Assembly: GCA_963664115.2 (NCBI GenBank)
Contig: CAXWPJ010000002.1
Coordinates: 128,001 to 192,000 of the forward strand
DNA: 64,000 nucleotides
Source of the DNA: Terriglobia bacterium
GTDB lineage: Bacteria; Acidobacteriota; Terriglobia; 20CM-2-55-15
Direction: 5' to 3'
Shown here: positions 20,144-29,679 of the stretch, piece after piece
Layout: every line of letters starts with the position of its first letter
Position numbering within the stretch: position 1 is the stretch's first letter
Made by a program: the position numbers and the translations under genes
The notes under the pieces: generated by a model
Database searches by the model: none
Told to the model about the DNA's origin: nothing
Seen by the model: the letters and a program-made list of their open reading frames with translations, nothing else

Positions 20144-22441
20144 GTGAATCGCCTCGACAGGTACATCTTTCGCGAAATCCTCACTCCGGCGCTGATCGCG
20201 TTGATCGCACTGACGTTCGTCTTGGTGGGCCGCGAACTGAGCGCTTTACTTGAGCTCGTCGTTCGTCGTTCGGCGACCGGACACGAACTCTTTTCGATAA
20301 TTGCGGCAATCGTTCCGGGAGCGTTGATCTTTACGATCCCCACGGCCGTTCTGGTGGGCGTGCTCACCGGTTTCGGGCGCTTGTCCTCCGACAGCGAAAG
20401 CGTCGCTTTCAGGGCCGCCGGCCTGTCGATGGCCACGATCCTCCGTCCCGTGCTGGCCCTCGGAGTTCTGGCGTGGGGCGTGAACATGGTCCTGTCGGTG
20501 TGGATCGCGCCGACGGCGGCTGCCAATCTCCGTCAACTCACGCGATCGATCGGAATTCGCCAGCTGGCTTTGGAGCTTCAACCCCGTGTATTCAACGAAG
20601 ACGTCGAGGATCTGGTGCTTTATGTTCAGGATATATCTCCAGATGGCAGTGAGTGGCGCGGGATTCTCCTGGCAAACCTTGAAGATCCGGATGAGCCTAA
20701 GGTCATCTTTGCTCGATCGGGCCAGCTCGTCAGTGACCCTGACAACGAACAGTACCAAGTCACTCTGTCAGCCGGTAGCAGGCACGTGGTTTCGCCTCTG
20801 GCTCCAGACCGCTATTCCTCGACTCAGTTCGACACATTGACGCTGCCCGTCCCGATTTCTACCGAACCCACGGATACAACTGAATCGACCCCTGTTGAAC
20901 TATCGACGCGGGACCTCTGGACGGCCGTCCGGGCAGACGAGGCCACGTACGGGGAACAGGTCGAGTTCCACCGCCGGCTGGCGTTGCCGTTTGCCAGTCT
21001 GGCCTTCGCCCTGATCGGATTCCCTCTCGGCTTGTCGACGAAGAGAGGGGGCCGCTCACTGGGACTCGTCGTGAGCGCCGCACTGATGTTGATCTATTAC
21101 ATGGTTTTCATCGGAGGGACACAGATCGCAGGTAACGCTCAAATGTCGCCCTTCCTGGGAACCTGGGGGGCCAACCTCGGATTCACCCTGTTGGGGGTGG
21201 GCTTGCTCCTGCGGTCGGAACGCGAACGTAGCAATCGCGCAATGGAGCTCCTGCTTGATACCGGTGCGTGGATTCGGAAACGATTTGCGTCCGTTCGCGG
21301 AGGGCCCAATAGATTCAGCCAATGGGCGTATTCCCTGACGCACCACCCCACCTGGTTCCGCACGCTGGACCTGTATGTTCTAAAGAGCTTCTCGTTTTTC
21401 TTTCTACTCGTGCTCGTAGTCTTCGTGTCGATGTTCGTCATCGTGACACTTTTCGAACTATTGCCCGATATCGTTCAGAACAACGCCAGCTTTGGCGTCG
21501 TCGCCAGCTACTTTTTCTATCTTTTGCCACAGATTCTGTACTGGGTGATTCCTCTCGCAGTGCTGGTTGCCGTCCTGGTCAACCTGGGAACCCTGACGAA
21601 AGCCAATGAAACCCTGGCCGTCAAAGCGGGTGCGATCAGCCTGTACCGCCTGTCAGCGCCCCTCCTGCTGACAGGCCTCGTGCTGTCAACAGGCATCTAT
21701 GTCATGCAGGACTTTCTACTGCCTTACACCAATCAACGTCAGGATGAGTTTCGGAACCAAATCAAGGGCAGACCCCCCCAGACATATCGCGATCCCTTAC
21801 GCAAGTGGATGGCGGGATCGGACAACCGTATTTATTACTACAACTATTTTGACCCGGTGCAGAACTCCTTCCCCGGCATTTCGGTGTTCGAATTCGATCC
21901 CGACTCGTTTTCACTTCTGCGCTGGACATTCGCCGAACAGGCGCGCTGGAACGGTCAATCCTGGGCGTTCTTGAAAGGCTGGACGGCTTCGATCGACGGT
22001 AGCGGCCAGATGGATGCCTATGATTCTTTCGAGCAGTTTGCCTACTCACAGATGAGTGACGATCCCGACTACTTCAAAAAAGAAGTGCTTACTGCGTCTC
22101 AGATGAACTATCCGGAATTGAACCGCTACATCGACGACTTGAGCCGGAGTGGTTTTGACGTCAGCGGCCTGACGGTTGATCTGTATCGGAAGCTGTCGTT
22201 CCCCCTGGTATCGGTCATCATGGTCATCATCGCCATACCGTTTTCGTTTACCACGGGGCGCCGCGGAAGCTTTTACGGTATCGGATTATCCATTGTGATC
22301 GGAATCAGCTACTGGGCCGCCTTCGAACTCTTCGACAAGCTGGGGGGAATAAACCAACTCTCCCCTTTGATTGCCGCGTGGTTTCCAAACCTCATATTCG
22401 GCTTCAGCGGCTTTTGGCTGCTATTAAAGGTCCGGACATAG
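20144..22441 (+). CDS. lptF: Fused LptF/LptG LPS export permease
   Basis: Two YjgP/Q halves (RLDRYIFRE...RLSSDSE..A; TLDLYVLK...KANETLAVKAG; AWFPN). Confidence 0.9.
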   Translation: MNRLDRYIFREILTPALIALIALTFVLVGRELSALLELVVRRSATGHELFSIIAAIVPGALIFTIPTAVLVGVLTGFGRLSSDSESVAFRAAGLSMATILRPVLALGVLAWGVNMVLSVWIAPTAAANLRQLTRSIGIRQLALELQPRVFNEDVEDLVLYVQDISPDGSEWRGILLANLEDPDEPKVIFARSGQLVSDPDNEQYQVTLSAGSRHVVSPLAPDRYSSTQFDTLTLPVPISTEPTDTTESTPVELSTRDLWTAVRADEATYGEQVEFHRRLALPFASLAFALIGFPLGLSTKRGGRSLGLVVSAALMLIYYMVFIGGTQIAGNAQMSPFLGTWGANLGFTLLGVGLLLRSERERSNRAMELLLDTGAWIRKRFASVRGGPNRFSQWAYSLTHHPTWFRTLDLYVLKSFSFFFLLVLVVFVSMFVIVTLFELLPDIVQNNASFGVVASYFFYLLPQILYWVIPLAVLVAVLVNLGTLTKANETLAVKAGAISLYRLSAPLLLTGLVLSTGIYVMQDFLLPYTNQRQDEFRNQIKGRPPQTYRDPLRKWMAGSDNRIYYYNYFDPVQNSFPGISVFEFDPDSFSLLRWTFAEQARWNGQSWAFLKGWTASIDGSGQMDAYDSFEQFAYSQMSDDPDYFKKEVLTASQMNYPELNRYIDDLSRSGFDVSGLTVDLYRKLSFPLVSVIMVIIAIPFSFTTGRRGSFYGIGLSIVIGISYWAAFELFDKLGGINQLSPLIAAWFPNLIFGFSGFWLLLKVRT

Positions 22442-22454
22442 CAGTCCGTATCCG

Positions 22455-23351
22455 TCATGCACGCGGGTGGTGATCCTGATAAATCTGTTTTAGTCTTTCC
22501 CGAATAACGTGGGTATAAATCTGAGTGGTCGAGATGTCTGCGTGTCCCAGCATCATCTGGACGGAGCGCAGGTCAGCGCCCCGTTCCAGCAAATGTGTTG
22601 CGAAAGAATGCCGCAGCATGTGCGGCGTGACCTTCTTTTCGATCTTGGCGCGTTTCCCGTGCCCCCGCAATATCAGCCAGAAGCCTCCCCGCGTGAGGGC
22701 TTGGCCTCTATAGTTAAGAAAAAGACTCGGGCTCGTCTTCTTGGGACGTCCGCGATCGATGTAATCACGAACGGCCTCTGCGGCGGTCTCCCCTAAGGGA
22801 ACTATTCTTTCCTTGCTCCCTTTTCCCATCGAGCGGACAAAACCGTTTTCCAAATCGACGGAATCCATGGTCAGGGCAACAAGTTCGGAAACTCGAAGTC
22901 CCGTGGCGTAGAGCACTTCGAGCATCGCTCGATCTCTAAGCCCCCTAGGTCCGGAAACGTCAGGCGCTCCCAGGAGACGGTCGACTTCGTCAAAAGTCAG
23001 AAAGTGAGGGAGGGGTTTCCAGGCTTTGGGTACATCGACTGCCGAGGTCGGATTTTCTTCGGTAGCGCCATCGAGGATCAGGAATCGATACAGTCCGCGA
23101 ACCGCGCTCAGAGCGCGGGCGGCCGAACGGGCTTTTAATCCATGATCGTACAGAAAGCTTAGAAACGCGGAAACACCCGTTGCCCCCACACCGAGCACAT
23201 CGCGCTTATCCAAGTACTCTAAGTACAGCGTAAGATCGCGGCTGTAGGCACCGACCGTGTTCGCGGACAGCCCTTTCTCAATTCGAATGTACTGGATGAA
23301 ACGGTCGACCCACTGATCGTTCGTCACCGAATGATTCGCGGCGGATGTCAT
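22455..23351 (-). CDS. xerD: Tyrosine recombinase XerD
   Basis: EKGLSANTV.AY, LYATGLRVSEL, TPHMLRHSFATHLL, LGHADISTTQIYTHV...HHPRA. Confidence 0.92.
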   Translation of the reverse strand: MTSAANHSVTNDQWVDRFIQYIRIEKGLSANTVGAYSRDLTLYLEYLDKRDVLGVGATGVSAFLSFLYDHGLKARSAARALSAVRGLYRFLILDGATEENPTSAVDVPKAWKPLPHFLTFDEVDRLLGAPDVSGPRGLRDRAMLEVLYATGLRVSELVALTMDSVDLENGFVRSMGKGSKERIVPLGETAAEAVRDYIDRGRPKKTSPSLFLNYRGQALTRGGFWLILRGHGKRAKIEKKVTPHMLRHSFATHLLERGADLRSVQMMLGHADISTTQIYTHVIRERLKQIYQDHHPRA

Positions 23352-23361
23352 TTCATAACTA

Positions 23362-23451
23362 CCTAAATCTAATATATTTATATGTTAAACAGATCAGACC
23401 CGCTTCCGTATCCGTGCCGTCGCGGTTAACACGAGGGTAACATTCGGGTAA
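23362..23451. promoter_or_regulatory. dif/att-like site plus GGGTAA direct repeats
   Basis: CTAAATCTAATATATTTATATGTTAAAC resembles dif with one extra base; GGGTAA at 23435 and 23446. Confidence 0.4.
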
Positions 23452-23530
23452 AACGCTTGAAAAGGGTCATCCGGGAATGACGGGGTCGCGTTTAGACGAG
23501 ATAGACGAGCATTCACTACAAAGCTCACTG

Positions 23531-23675
23531 ACAGTACTTCCCTAAAAAGGACGGGCTTGTCGGCACGCTCACAGGGGCATCTGGATACGATCCCAAGCAA
23601 GCTTGACGATCAACTCCGTGAGACGCTGGAGTTCACAACTCCAGCAGAAACATTAAACGCAGGTGTTCAATCGAG
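23531..23675 (+). pseudogene. IS30-family transposase C-terminal remnant
   Basis: QYFPK-TGLSARSQGHLDTIPSKLDDQLRETLEFTTPAETLN resembles IS30 RQYFPKGTDL...LNxRPRKTLGxxTPAE. Confidence 0.7.
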
Positions 23676-23894
23676 GGAGGTCCTGCCGACTGCAAGAACT
23701 CGAGGCTGAATTTCTTCTGGACTAACAGCCACCCGCAGGGCAGAGTGTCGGTGTGACATTGACTGCGATTACCTTCTTAGGTCTCGCCGCCTGTTTCATG
23801 AGTCCGCAAATGTGTCTCCCGTGGGTTTAGTCCCCAGCCATACGAGTCTAGACAACGTAAGATTTACCCATCCTCCCAGCGTTTTGCATTACAG

Positions 23895-24347
23895 GTGTTC
23901 TCAATGTCGCGATTAGTCCTCCTACTGTTCCTCCTCGCCGTTTTTGGTGTGTTGATCACGGACTTGGTGCTCGTCATCCGAAGCGCAGTCGGAAAGATTC
24001 CGATTCCCGATGACAACAAGGCCCTAGGTTGGTGGGGGGACGTACAGATTCTGATCGCATCCAGCGTAAATGCAATAAACGCTGTCAGCCAACCGACGGC
24101 TTCGTTTACTGATATTCGATACTGGACTCAACTGGCTGTTGCCACCTCCGTATTCTTTGGGTGGCCCGCCTTGGTCGCATACCTCATGTACGGTAGAAAG
24201 AAACACAGGAATTACCGCAAATTCGCCAGACTGTTCTTATGGCTGAGCGTTTTCCACCCAATCATTATTTTTCGTTCAGCAGCCGCGATAAGCTCAGCCA
24301 CTCTCTTGCCAGCGATGAAGCGCCGATGTAAAAAAGTTTGGGAATAA
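23895..24347 (+). CDS. Hypothetical membrane protein
   Basis: Hydrophobic segments, lower GC. Confidence 0.4.
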   Translation: MFSMSRLVLLLFLLAVFGVLITDLVLVIRSAVGKIPIPDDNKALGWWGDVQILIASSVNAINAVSQPTASFTDIRYWTQLAVATSVFFGWPALVAYLMYGRKKHRNYRKFARLFLWLSVFHPIIIFRSAAAISSATLLPAMKRRCKKVWE

Positions 24348-24578
24348 AAGCGTTTAGTGAGTCGAGAGAATCTCCTTCTAGCGAGGCACTTCTGTTCGAT
24401 TGTTCTGGCGACGTATCCCCACCCGACGCTCTAACTATCTATTCACCCGATATTTCGGAAGTTGAGATTTCATTGCCTGCTGTCCCACTCTTTTATAGAC
24501 TGCCCCCAGCCTTCTAAGCATCGACCCTTATCAGTGACTCAAGTAACCGGCAAATCCAGCCTGCAAGTGAGATTCAGT

Positions 24579-25136
24579 ATGATCAGGACTGTCTGTATCT
24601 TGGCGTTAATCTTTGCCTTGTTGCCTGCGATAGCAAATGCCCAGACACAGGACAATGCCGCGTCCCGGCCGCTTGGCGAACTATTCGTCGGATATTCTTA
24701 CTCTGCACAGGGAAGGCCGACGATGCACGGTTGGCACAGCTCCCTGCTGTCTCAATTGACTGATAGGGTGGGGATATTGGTGGATTTGTCCGGACATTAC
24801 TGGTCGCCGGATGTCCCCGTATTCGGGCTACCACTTGATGTGAACGCAGGGTTGCACGCGTACCGGTTTGGTCCTCAGATAAAGATGGTCACCGGTCGGA
24901 CTGTGACTACGTTCGTCCATGTCCTCGTGGGCGGCAATTACTTACACGTGTTTGGTGGGGGCGATATTGCGGGATTGCACGGATTTGCCGCAGCTGTCGG
25001 GGGCGGTGCCGATTGGCACCTGAACGATACGATCTCCCTGCGTATTCCACAATACGATTACAGCCTAATGTGGATATCGGGTGGAAACTCGTCCGGATTC
25101 CGGATATCGACAGGACTGGTCTTCAAGCTCAGATAA
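24579..25136 (+). CDS. Small outer-membrane beta-barrel protein
   Basis: Signal peptide, ELFVGYSY, GGGADW, C-terminal FRISTGLVFK. Confidence 0.75.
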   Translation: MIRTVCILALIFALLPAIANAQTQDNAASRPLGELFVGYSYSAQGRPTMHGWHSSLLSQLTDRVGILVDLSGHYWSPDVPVFGLPLDVNAGLHAYRFGPQIKMVTGRTVTTFVHVLVGGNYLHVFGGGDIAGLHGFAAAVGGGADWHLNDTISLRIPQYDYSLMWISGGNSSGFRISTGLVFKLR

Positions 25137-25244
25137 AAAAACGGCCTTTTGTCCGAATCATTCTGACGACGTACAAGCGGGAACGTCGCGTTTTCATCCC
25201 GTTAGTCTGCGTTCGGGAGACTTAAGCTGACAATGCCCACTAGT

Positions 25245-27091
25245 CCCTGAACAAGCGTGATTGACGAGGAAATGATAGTGCAATAAGAGCGGAAGTACCC
25301 GAAATGCCCCCTCTCCGTGCGAAAAAAACCTTGAACAGATTCTTCGGAAAAGGAGGCATTTCAGATGAACGATTATACGCGCAAGAACATGAGGAACCGC
25401 AAGCGGCGAATCGAACGTCGGCTTGGGGACCGGCATTGGACGGATCAGGTAGAGCCGATGTTTTCGGCGAGCAACATTCAGTACGAGATGGGAGAGCGGA
25501 CGCGGGGCACATCGGTTGGTGGTATCGGGACGATGCAACTGGTGGCGCGGCGGACCGGGCTGATCGAAGCCATCGACAAGGGCGTGCATGTGTTGAAGCG
25601 GCACCTGCCGTATCACGAGTCGGATCACGTGCTGAACATCGCCTACAACGCCTTGAGCGGAGGAACGTGCCTGGAAGACATCGAACTGCGGCGCAACGAT
25701 GCGGTGTATCTGGATGCGCTGGGAGCGCAACGGATTCCGGATCCGACGACGGCGGGAGACTTCTGCCGGAGATTCGAGGCCGACGACGTGGAGTGTCTGA
25801 TGGAGGCAACCAATCAAGTCCGGCTCGGAGTCTGGCGACAGCAACCGGCGGCGTTTTTCGAAGAAGCGGTGTTGGACGCGGACGGGACACTGGCCGAAAC
25901 CACGGGGGAATGCAAGCAAGGGATGGACGTGGCCTACGACGGGACGTGGGGATATCACCCGCTGATGATCTCGCTGGCCAACACCGCCGAACCGCTGTAT
26001 CTGGTCAATCGTAGCGGCAACCGGCCGTCGCATGAAGGAGCCGCGGTCCGGTTCGACCAAGCCATCGCATTGTGCCGGCATGCGGGGTTTCGCCAGATCC
26101 TGCTGCGCGGGGACACGGACTTCAGCCAGACCCGGCATCTGGACGGATGGGACGACCAGCAGGTGGGTTTCATATTCGGGATTGACGCGATGGCGAACCT
26201 GAAGGCCCGGGCCGATGAACTGGAGCCGCGCCAGTGGAAGCGCCTGGAACGGCCCGCGAAATACGACGTGGCGACCGAACCGCGCCAACGTCCCGACAAC
26301 GTGAAGGAAGAGATCGTTCGGCAGCGCGGTTTCGACAATATCCGCTTGCAGGGTGAGGATGTGGCCGAGTTTCGGTATCGACCCGGAGCCTGCGATCGGG
26401 ACTACCGTGTCGTCGTGGTGCGGAAGAATCTGTCGGTGGCCAAAGGAGAGCAGGTGTTGTTTGACGACATCCGGTACTTCTTCTACATTACCAACCGTTC
26501 GGATCCGGCCGACCAGATTGTGATGCGTGCCAATCAACGGTGCAATCAGGAGAATCTCATTGAGCAGTTGAAGAACGGCGTTCAGGCGTTGCGGATGCCG
26601 GTCGGAGATCAGACCAGCAACTGGGCCTACATGGTGATCGCGTCACTGGCCTGGACACTGAAAGCGTGGTTTGCATTGCTGCTTCCCGAAACCGGACGTT
26701 GGGGCCAAAAATATCAGGCTGAGAAGCAAACCGTGCTGCGCATGGAGTTCAAAACCTTCTTGAACGCTTTCATGCTTGTGCCGTGCCAACTCGTGCGCAC
26801 CGGGCGGCGCATTCTGTTCCGGATCCTGGCCTGGAACCGGTGGTTGCCGGTCTTGTTCCGCGGGGTGGATGTGTTGCGTCAGCCTCTGCGATGTTGACCC
26901 GATCATGACTCTGAGCCCGGGCGATCGAGGTCCCGGTTTCTGTCAACCGTCCAACACCAGCGAGGCTGAACTGAAACAGATTCAACAGAAACTCGATACC
27001 TGGAACAGGCCATCCGGGAACGGGATTCTATGCCTCGAATTCTATCGGCGCGAACTGGGCCTCGGCGGACTGGTTATGCGCTTGTTTTGGG
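25245..27091 (+). mobile_element. IS1380-family insertion sequence, copy 2
   Basis: Same 1847 bp element as 1268-3114; 6-bp duplication ACTAGT (25239-25244, 27092-27097). Confidence 0.9.
25365..26897 (+). CDS. IS1380-family DDE transposase
   Basis: Protein identical to 1462-2994. Confidence 0.92.
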   Translation: MNDYTRKNMRNRKRRIERRLGDRHWTDQVEPMFSASNIQYEMGERTRGTSVGGIGTMQLVARRTGLIEAIDKGVHVLKRHLPYHESDHVLNIAYNALSGGTCLEDIELRRNDAVYLDALGAQRIPDPTTAGDFCRRFEADDVECLMEATNQVRLGVWRQQPAAFFEEAVLDADGTLAETTGECKQGMDVAYDGTWGYHPLMISLANTAEPLYLVNRSGNRPSHEGAAVRFDQAIALCRHAGFRQILLRGDTDFSQTRHLDGWDDQQVGFIFGIDAMANLKARADELEPRQWKRLERPAKYDVATEPRQRPDNVKEEIVRQRGFDNIRLQGEDVAEFRYRPGACDRDYRVVVVRKNLSVAKGEQVLFDDIRYFFYITNRSDPADQIVMRANQRCNQENLIEQLKNGVQALRMPVGDQTSNWAYMVIASLAWTLKAWFALLLPETGRWGQKYQAEKQTVLRMEFKTFLNAFMLVPCQLVRTGRRILFRILAWNRWLPVLFRGVDVLRQPLRC

Positions 27092-27226
27092 ACTAGTGGC
27101 CTTGGCCTCCATCTCAAGCACTACAAACGAACGTGAATCCGGCCGCTGTATTGTGTATGCTGCAGTGAGATGTTCCGAAATGAGGATGCAGCGAGGAATT
27201 CCCTCGCACGACAAGAGGAGATTCAC

Positions 27227-27727
27227 ATGAAGTGGATGCGCACACTAGCTATTTTCGTCGCCGGGTCCGCAGTCGGCGCCGTTGCGATGCAGACGGTTGC
27301 CGCTCAGGAAAGCAGCAACACAGGCCTCCGCCTGAACCACGTCGGAATCGCCGTGGAAGACGTGGGTGAGGCCATAGAGTTTTACACCAAGGTGATGGGT
27401 TTTCGGGTGGCGTTCGAGTTTCCGAGCCCGGATGGCCGACCGACGACCACGTATCTCCAGATCAATCGTGACACGTTCCTGGAAGTGGCGCCGGCCAATG
27501 CAGATAGAGCCGCAGGCACCATCACCCACATCGGCATTCAATCCGAAAACGCGGACGCCACGGTCGCCCGGCTTCGCCAAGGCAGGGCAACAGTGACCGA
27601 CCCTCGCGTCAGTTCGAACAGTAGGGCCAAACTCGCCAACGTCACCGATCCTAACGGGATCCGATTGGAGTTGAATGAACTGGTTCCCGGCTCGCTCACG
27701 AGGCAAGCGGTAGAATCCTGGAGGTAG
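27227..27727 (+). CDS. Exported VOC/glyoxalase-family protein
   Basis: LNHVGIAV, FLEV, THIGI, DPNGIRLELNE; signal peptide; GAGGAG RBS. Confidence 0.85.
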   Translation: MKWMRTLAIFVAGSAVGAVAMQTVAAQESSNTGLRLNHVGIAVEDVGEAIEFYTKVMGFRVAFEFPSPDGRPTTTYLQINRDTFLEVAPANADRAAGTITHIGIQSENADATVARLRQGRATVTDPRVSSNSRAKLANVTDPNGIRLELNELVPGSLTRQAVESWR

Positions 27728-27808
27728 TTGCCTGGTCATGCTATGTTGGCCCAATGGCATACATCGTTTGGTAATACCGCGAACATGCTTTTAGATTGGA
27801 GGTGCCCT

Positions 27809-28180
27809 GTGAGATATCGGCTCATGACGGTTGCCGCGGTGGCGGCCGGCCTTCTGATAGTTTCAGTCCCGCTGGTAGCGCACCACAGTAACGTCAACTT
27901 CGATACCGGAAAGGAAATTACGATGCAGGGGACCGTCACGGAATGGGTTTGGGCCAATCCCCACTGCTTCTTAATATTCGATGTGCGGGACGACAATGGC
28001 AGCGTCGTTCACTGGATTGCTGAAAGTAGTAATCCTCCCGGCATGGCCCGGAAGGGCTGGAGCAACCAGTCACTGAAGCCCGGCGATGAAGTTACTGTGA
28101 CAGTGGAGCCCGTCAAGAACGGCAGCCCACTCGGGCGTATGCTGCAAGTCGTACTCCCGAATGGTCAGACATTAGATTAG
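27809..28180 (+). CDS. DUF6152-family exported protein
   Basis: Signal ending LVA|HHS...FD...GTVTEWVWANPH...W.AE...LKPGDEVTV. Confidence 0.8.
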   Translation: MRYRLMTVAAVAAGLLIVSVPLVAHHSNVNFDTGKEITMQGTVTEWVWANPHCFLIFDVRDDNGSVVHWIAESSNPPGMARKGWSNQSLKPGDEVTVTVEPVKNGSPLGRMLQVVLPNGQTLD

Positions 28181-28343
28181 GCACCCAGGGGGCCGGAAAT
28201 GTGGCCGCCCCGCCTTCGAGATAGGATGGAACCGTCGGCGCTTGAAGCAAGTCTGCTTTGATTGCAGGTCGATCATACAGTTTACGAGTGCGGCTCTTGT
28301 TGAGTTGCGACGAAATATGGATTTCGGGTAAGGAGTTACACGT

Positions 28344-29195
28344 ATGCCGAATCGACGCATAGTCTGGATCATCATCCTTGCTGTAGTACCGGCCTTTTCC
28401 CTCCTCGCTTTGGCTCAGACGCCTCAACCCATCTGGAATTCAATGGCACCGCCTGCCGAGTCGGATACGGTGCGAAACCGAGCGCCCGCCCCACGGCGTG
28501 ACCTGTCTGGGATTTGGGACCCGGCCGTCAACGCCATCGGGGCAGATGGTGCGCAAAACATGCCATCAGACGGCAGACCTGAGCATACTCTGCCTTATAC
28601 GTCGTTGGGGGAGGAAGCGTTCGATGCCAACAAGCCGGCATGGGGCGTTACCGGCGTTCCGTCGGCGCTTTCCAATGATCCAGTGCCTCTTTGTGATCCA
28701 CAGGGATTTCCGCGCATCGTTCTTCATAATTTCAGAACAAGCCAGATCTTTCAGACGGCGAACCAGGTGATCATCCTGTACGAATTTAACAAGAAATGGC
28801 GTGTCATTTGGACTGACGGACGAGAACTGCCCGAGTTGGATGAACTGGAGCCAAGATGGTGGGGGTACTCGGTTGGCAGGTGGGAGGACGACACCACGTT
28901 TGTCGCTGAGACGGTCGGGCTCAATGAAAGTACCTGGCTTGATAATGCAGGGCGTCCACACAGCAGCGATCTGCGCGTAGTGGAACGATACCGCCGCCTG
29001 GACCACGATCGCTTGGAAATGACAATTACGATTGACGACCCGACATTCTACACCCAACCTTGGATAGCACTCGACAAGCTACCTCTGGCGTTACAGCCGT
29101 CCGATTTCGATATTAGGGAGATGGAGTGCTCACCGTCAGAAACGGAGAGATATAACAGGCTGTTTGGTGACCCTGCCGCTGGTGTGGAACGATAG
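28344..29195 (+). CDS. Exported hypothetical protein (DUF6152 partner type)
   Basis: DLSGIW, DP...CDPQGFPR, GYSVGRWEDD..VAET, PHS..L.VVERY, TIDDP..YT.PW, EMEC. Confidence 0.75.
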   Translation: MPNRRIVWIIILAVVPAFSLLALAQTPQPIWNSMAPPAESDTVRNRAPAPRRDLSGIWDPAVNAIGADGAQNMPSDGRPEHTLPYTSLGEEAFDANKPAWGVTGVPSALSNDPVPLCDPQGFPRIVLHNFRTSQIFQTANQVIILYEFNKKWRVIWTDGRELPELDELEPRWWGYSVGRWEDDTTFVAETVGLNESTWLDNAGRPHSSDLRVVERYRRLDHDRLEMTITIDDPTFYTQPWIALDKLPLALQPSDFDIREMECSPSETERYNRLFGDPAAGVER

Positions 29196-29260
29196 CAAGA
29201 GCCGCGAATGACACCGTATCAGGCGGCAAGCATCAACGCGCTGCTGCCACTAGCTGACTT

Positions 29261-29674
29261 TGGCATTCCCGCAAGGTTCTGGCCTGGCGACTCTCAAACA
29301 CGCAGGATACGGCGATGTGTGTCGAAGCTTTGGAAGAAGCCATCGAACGCTACGGCTGTCCGGAAATCTTCAACACCGATCAGGGCAGCCAGTTCACCAG
29401 CACCGCCTGGACCGATGTTCTAAAGCATCACAACGTTCGGATCTCGATGGACGGCAAAGGCCAGTGGATGGACAACGTGTTCATCGAGCGTCTCTGGCGC
29501 TCACTGAAATACGAATGCGTCTACCTGAACGCCTTCGAGGATTTCAAAGATGCGGATATTCATATAAGGGATTGGATGGAGTACTACAATGACCATCGGC
29601 CCCATTCCACCCTCGGCGATCTCACCCCGGGCGAGGTCTACGACGGAATCACAACGGTATCTTCGGCAGCATGA
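29261..29674 (+). pseudogene. IS3-family transposase, 5'-truncated
   Basis: WHSRKVLAWRLSNT, FNTDQGSQFTS, DNVFIERLWRSLKYE, YNDHRPHSTL. Confidence 0.88.
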
Positions 29675-29679
29675 TTAAC

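Noticed and set aside
20144-22441. LptF-LptG fusion as a novelty
   Set aside because: Recalled as common in Acidobacteria; used only as a taxonomic hint
1268-27091. Composite transposon bounded by the two IS1380 copies
   Set aside because: Each copy has its own target duplication and the interior is mostly housekeeping genes, so these are independent insertions
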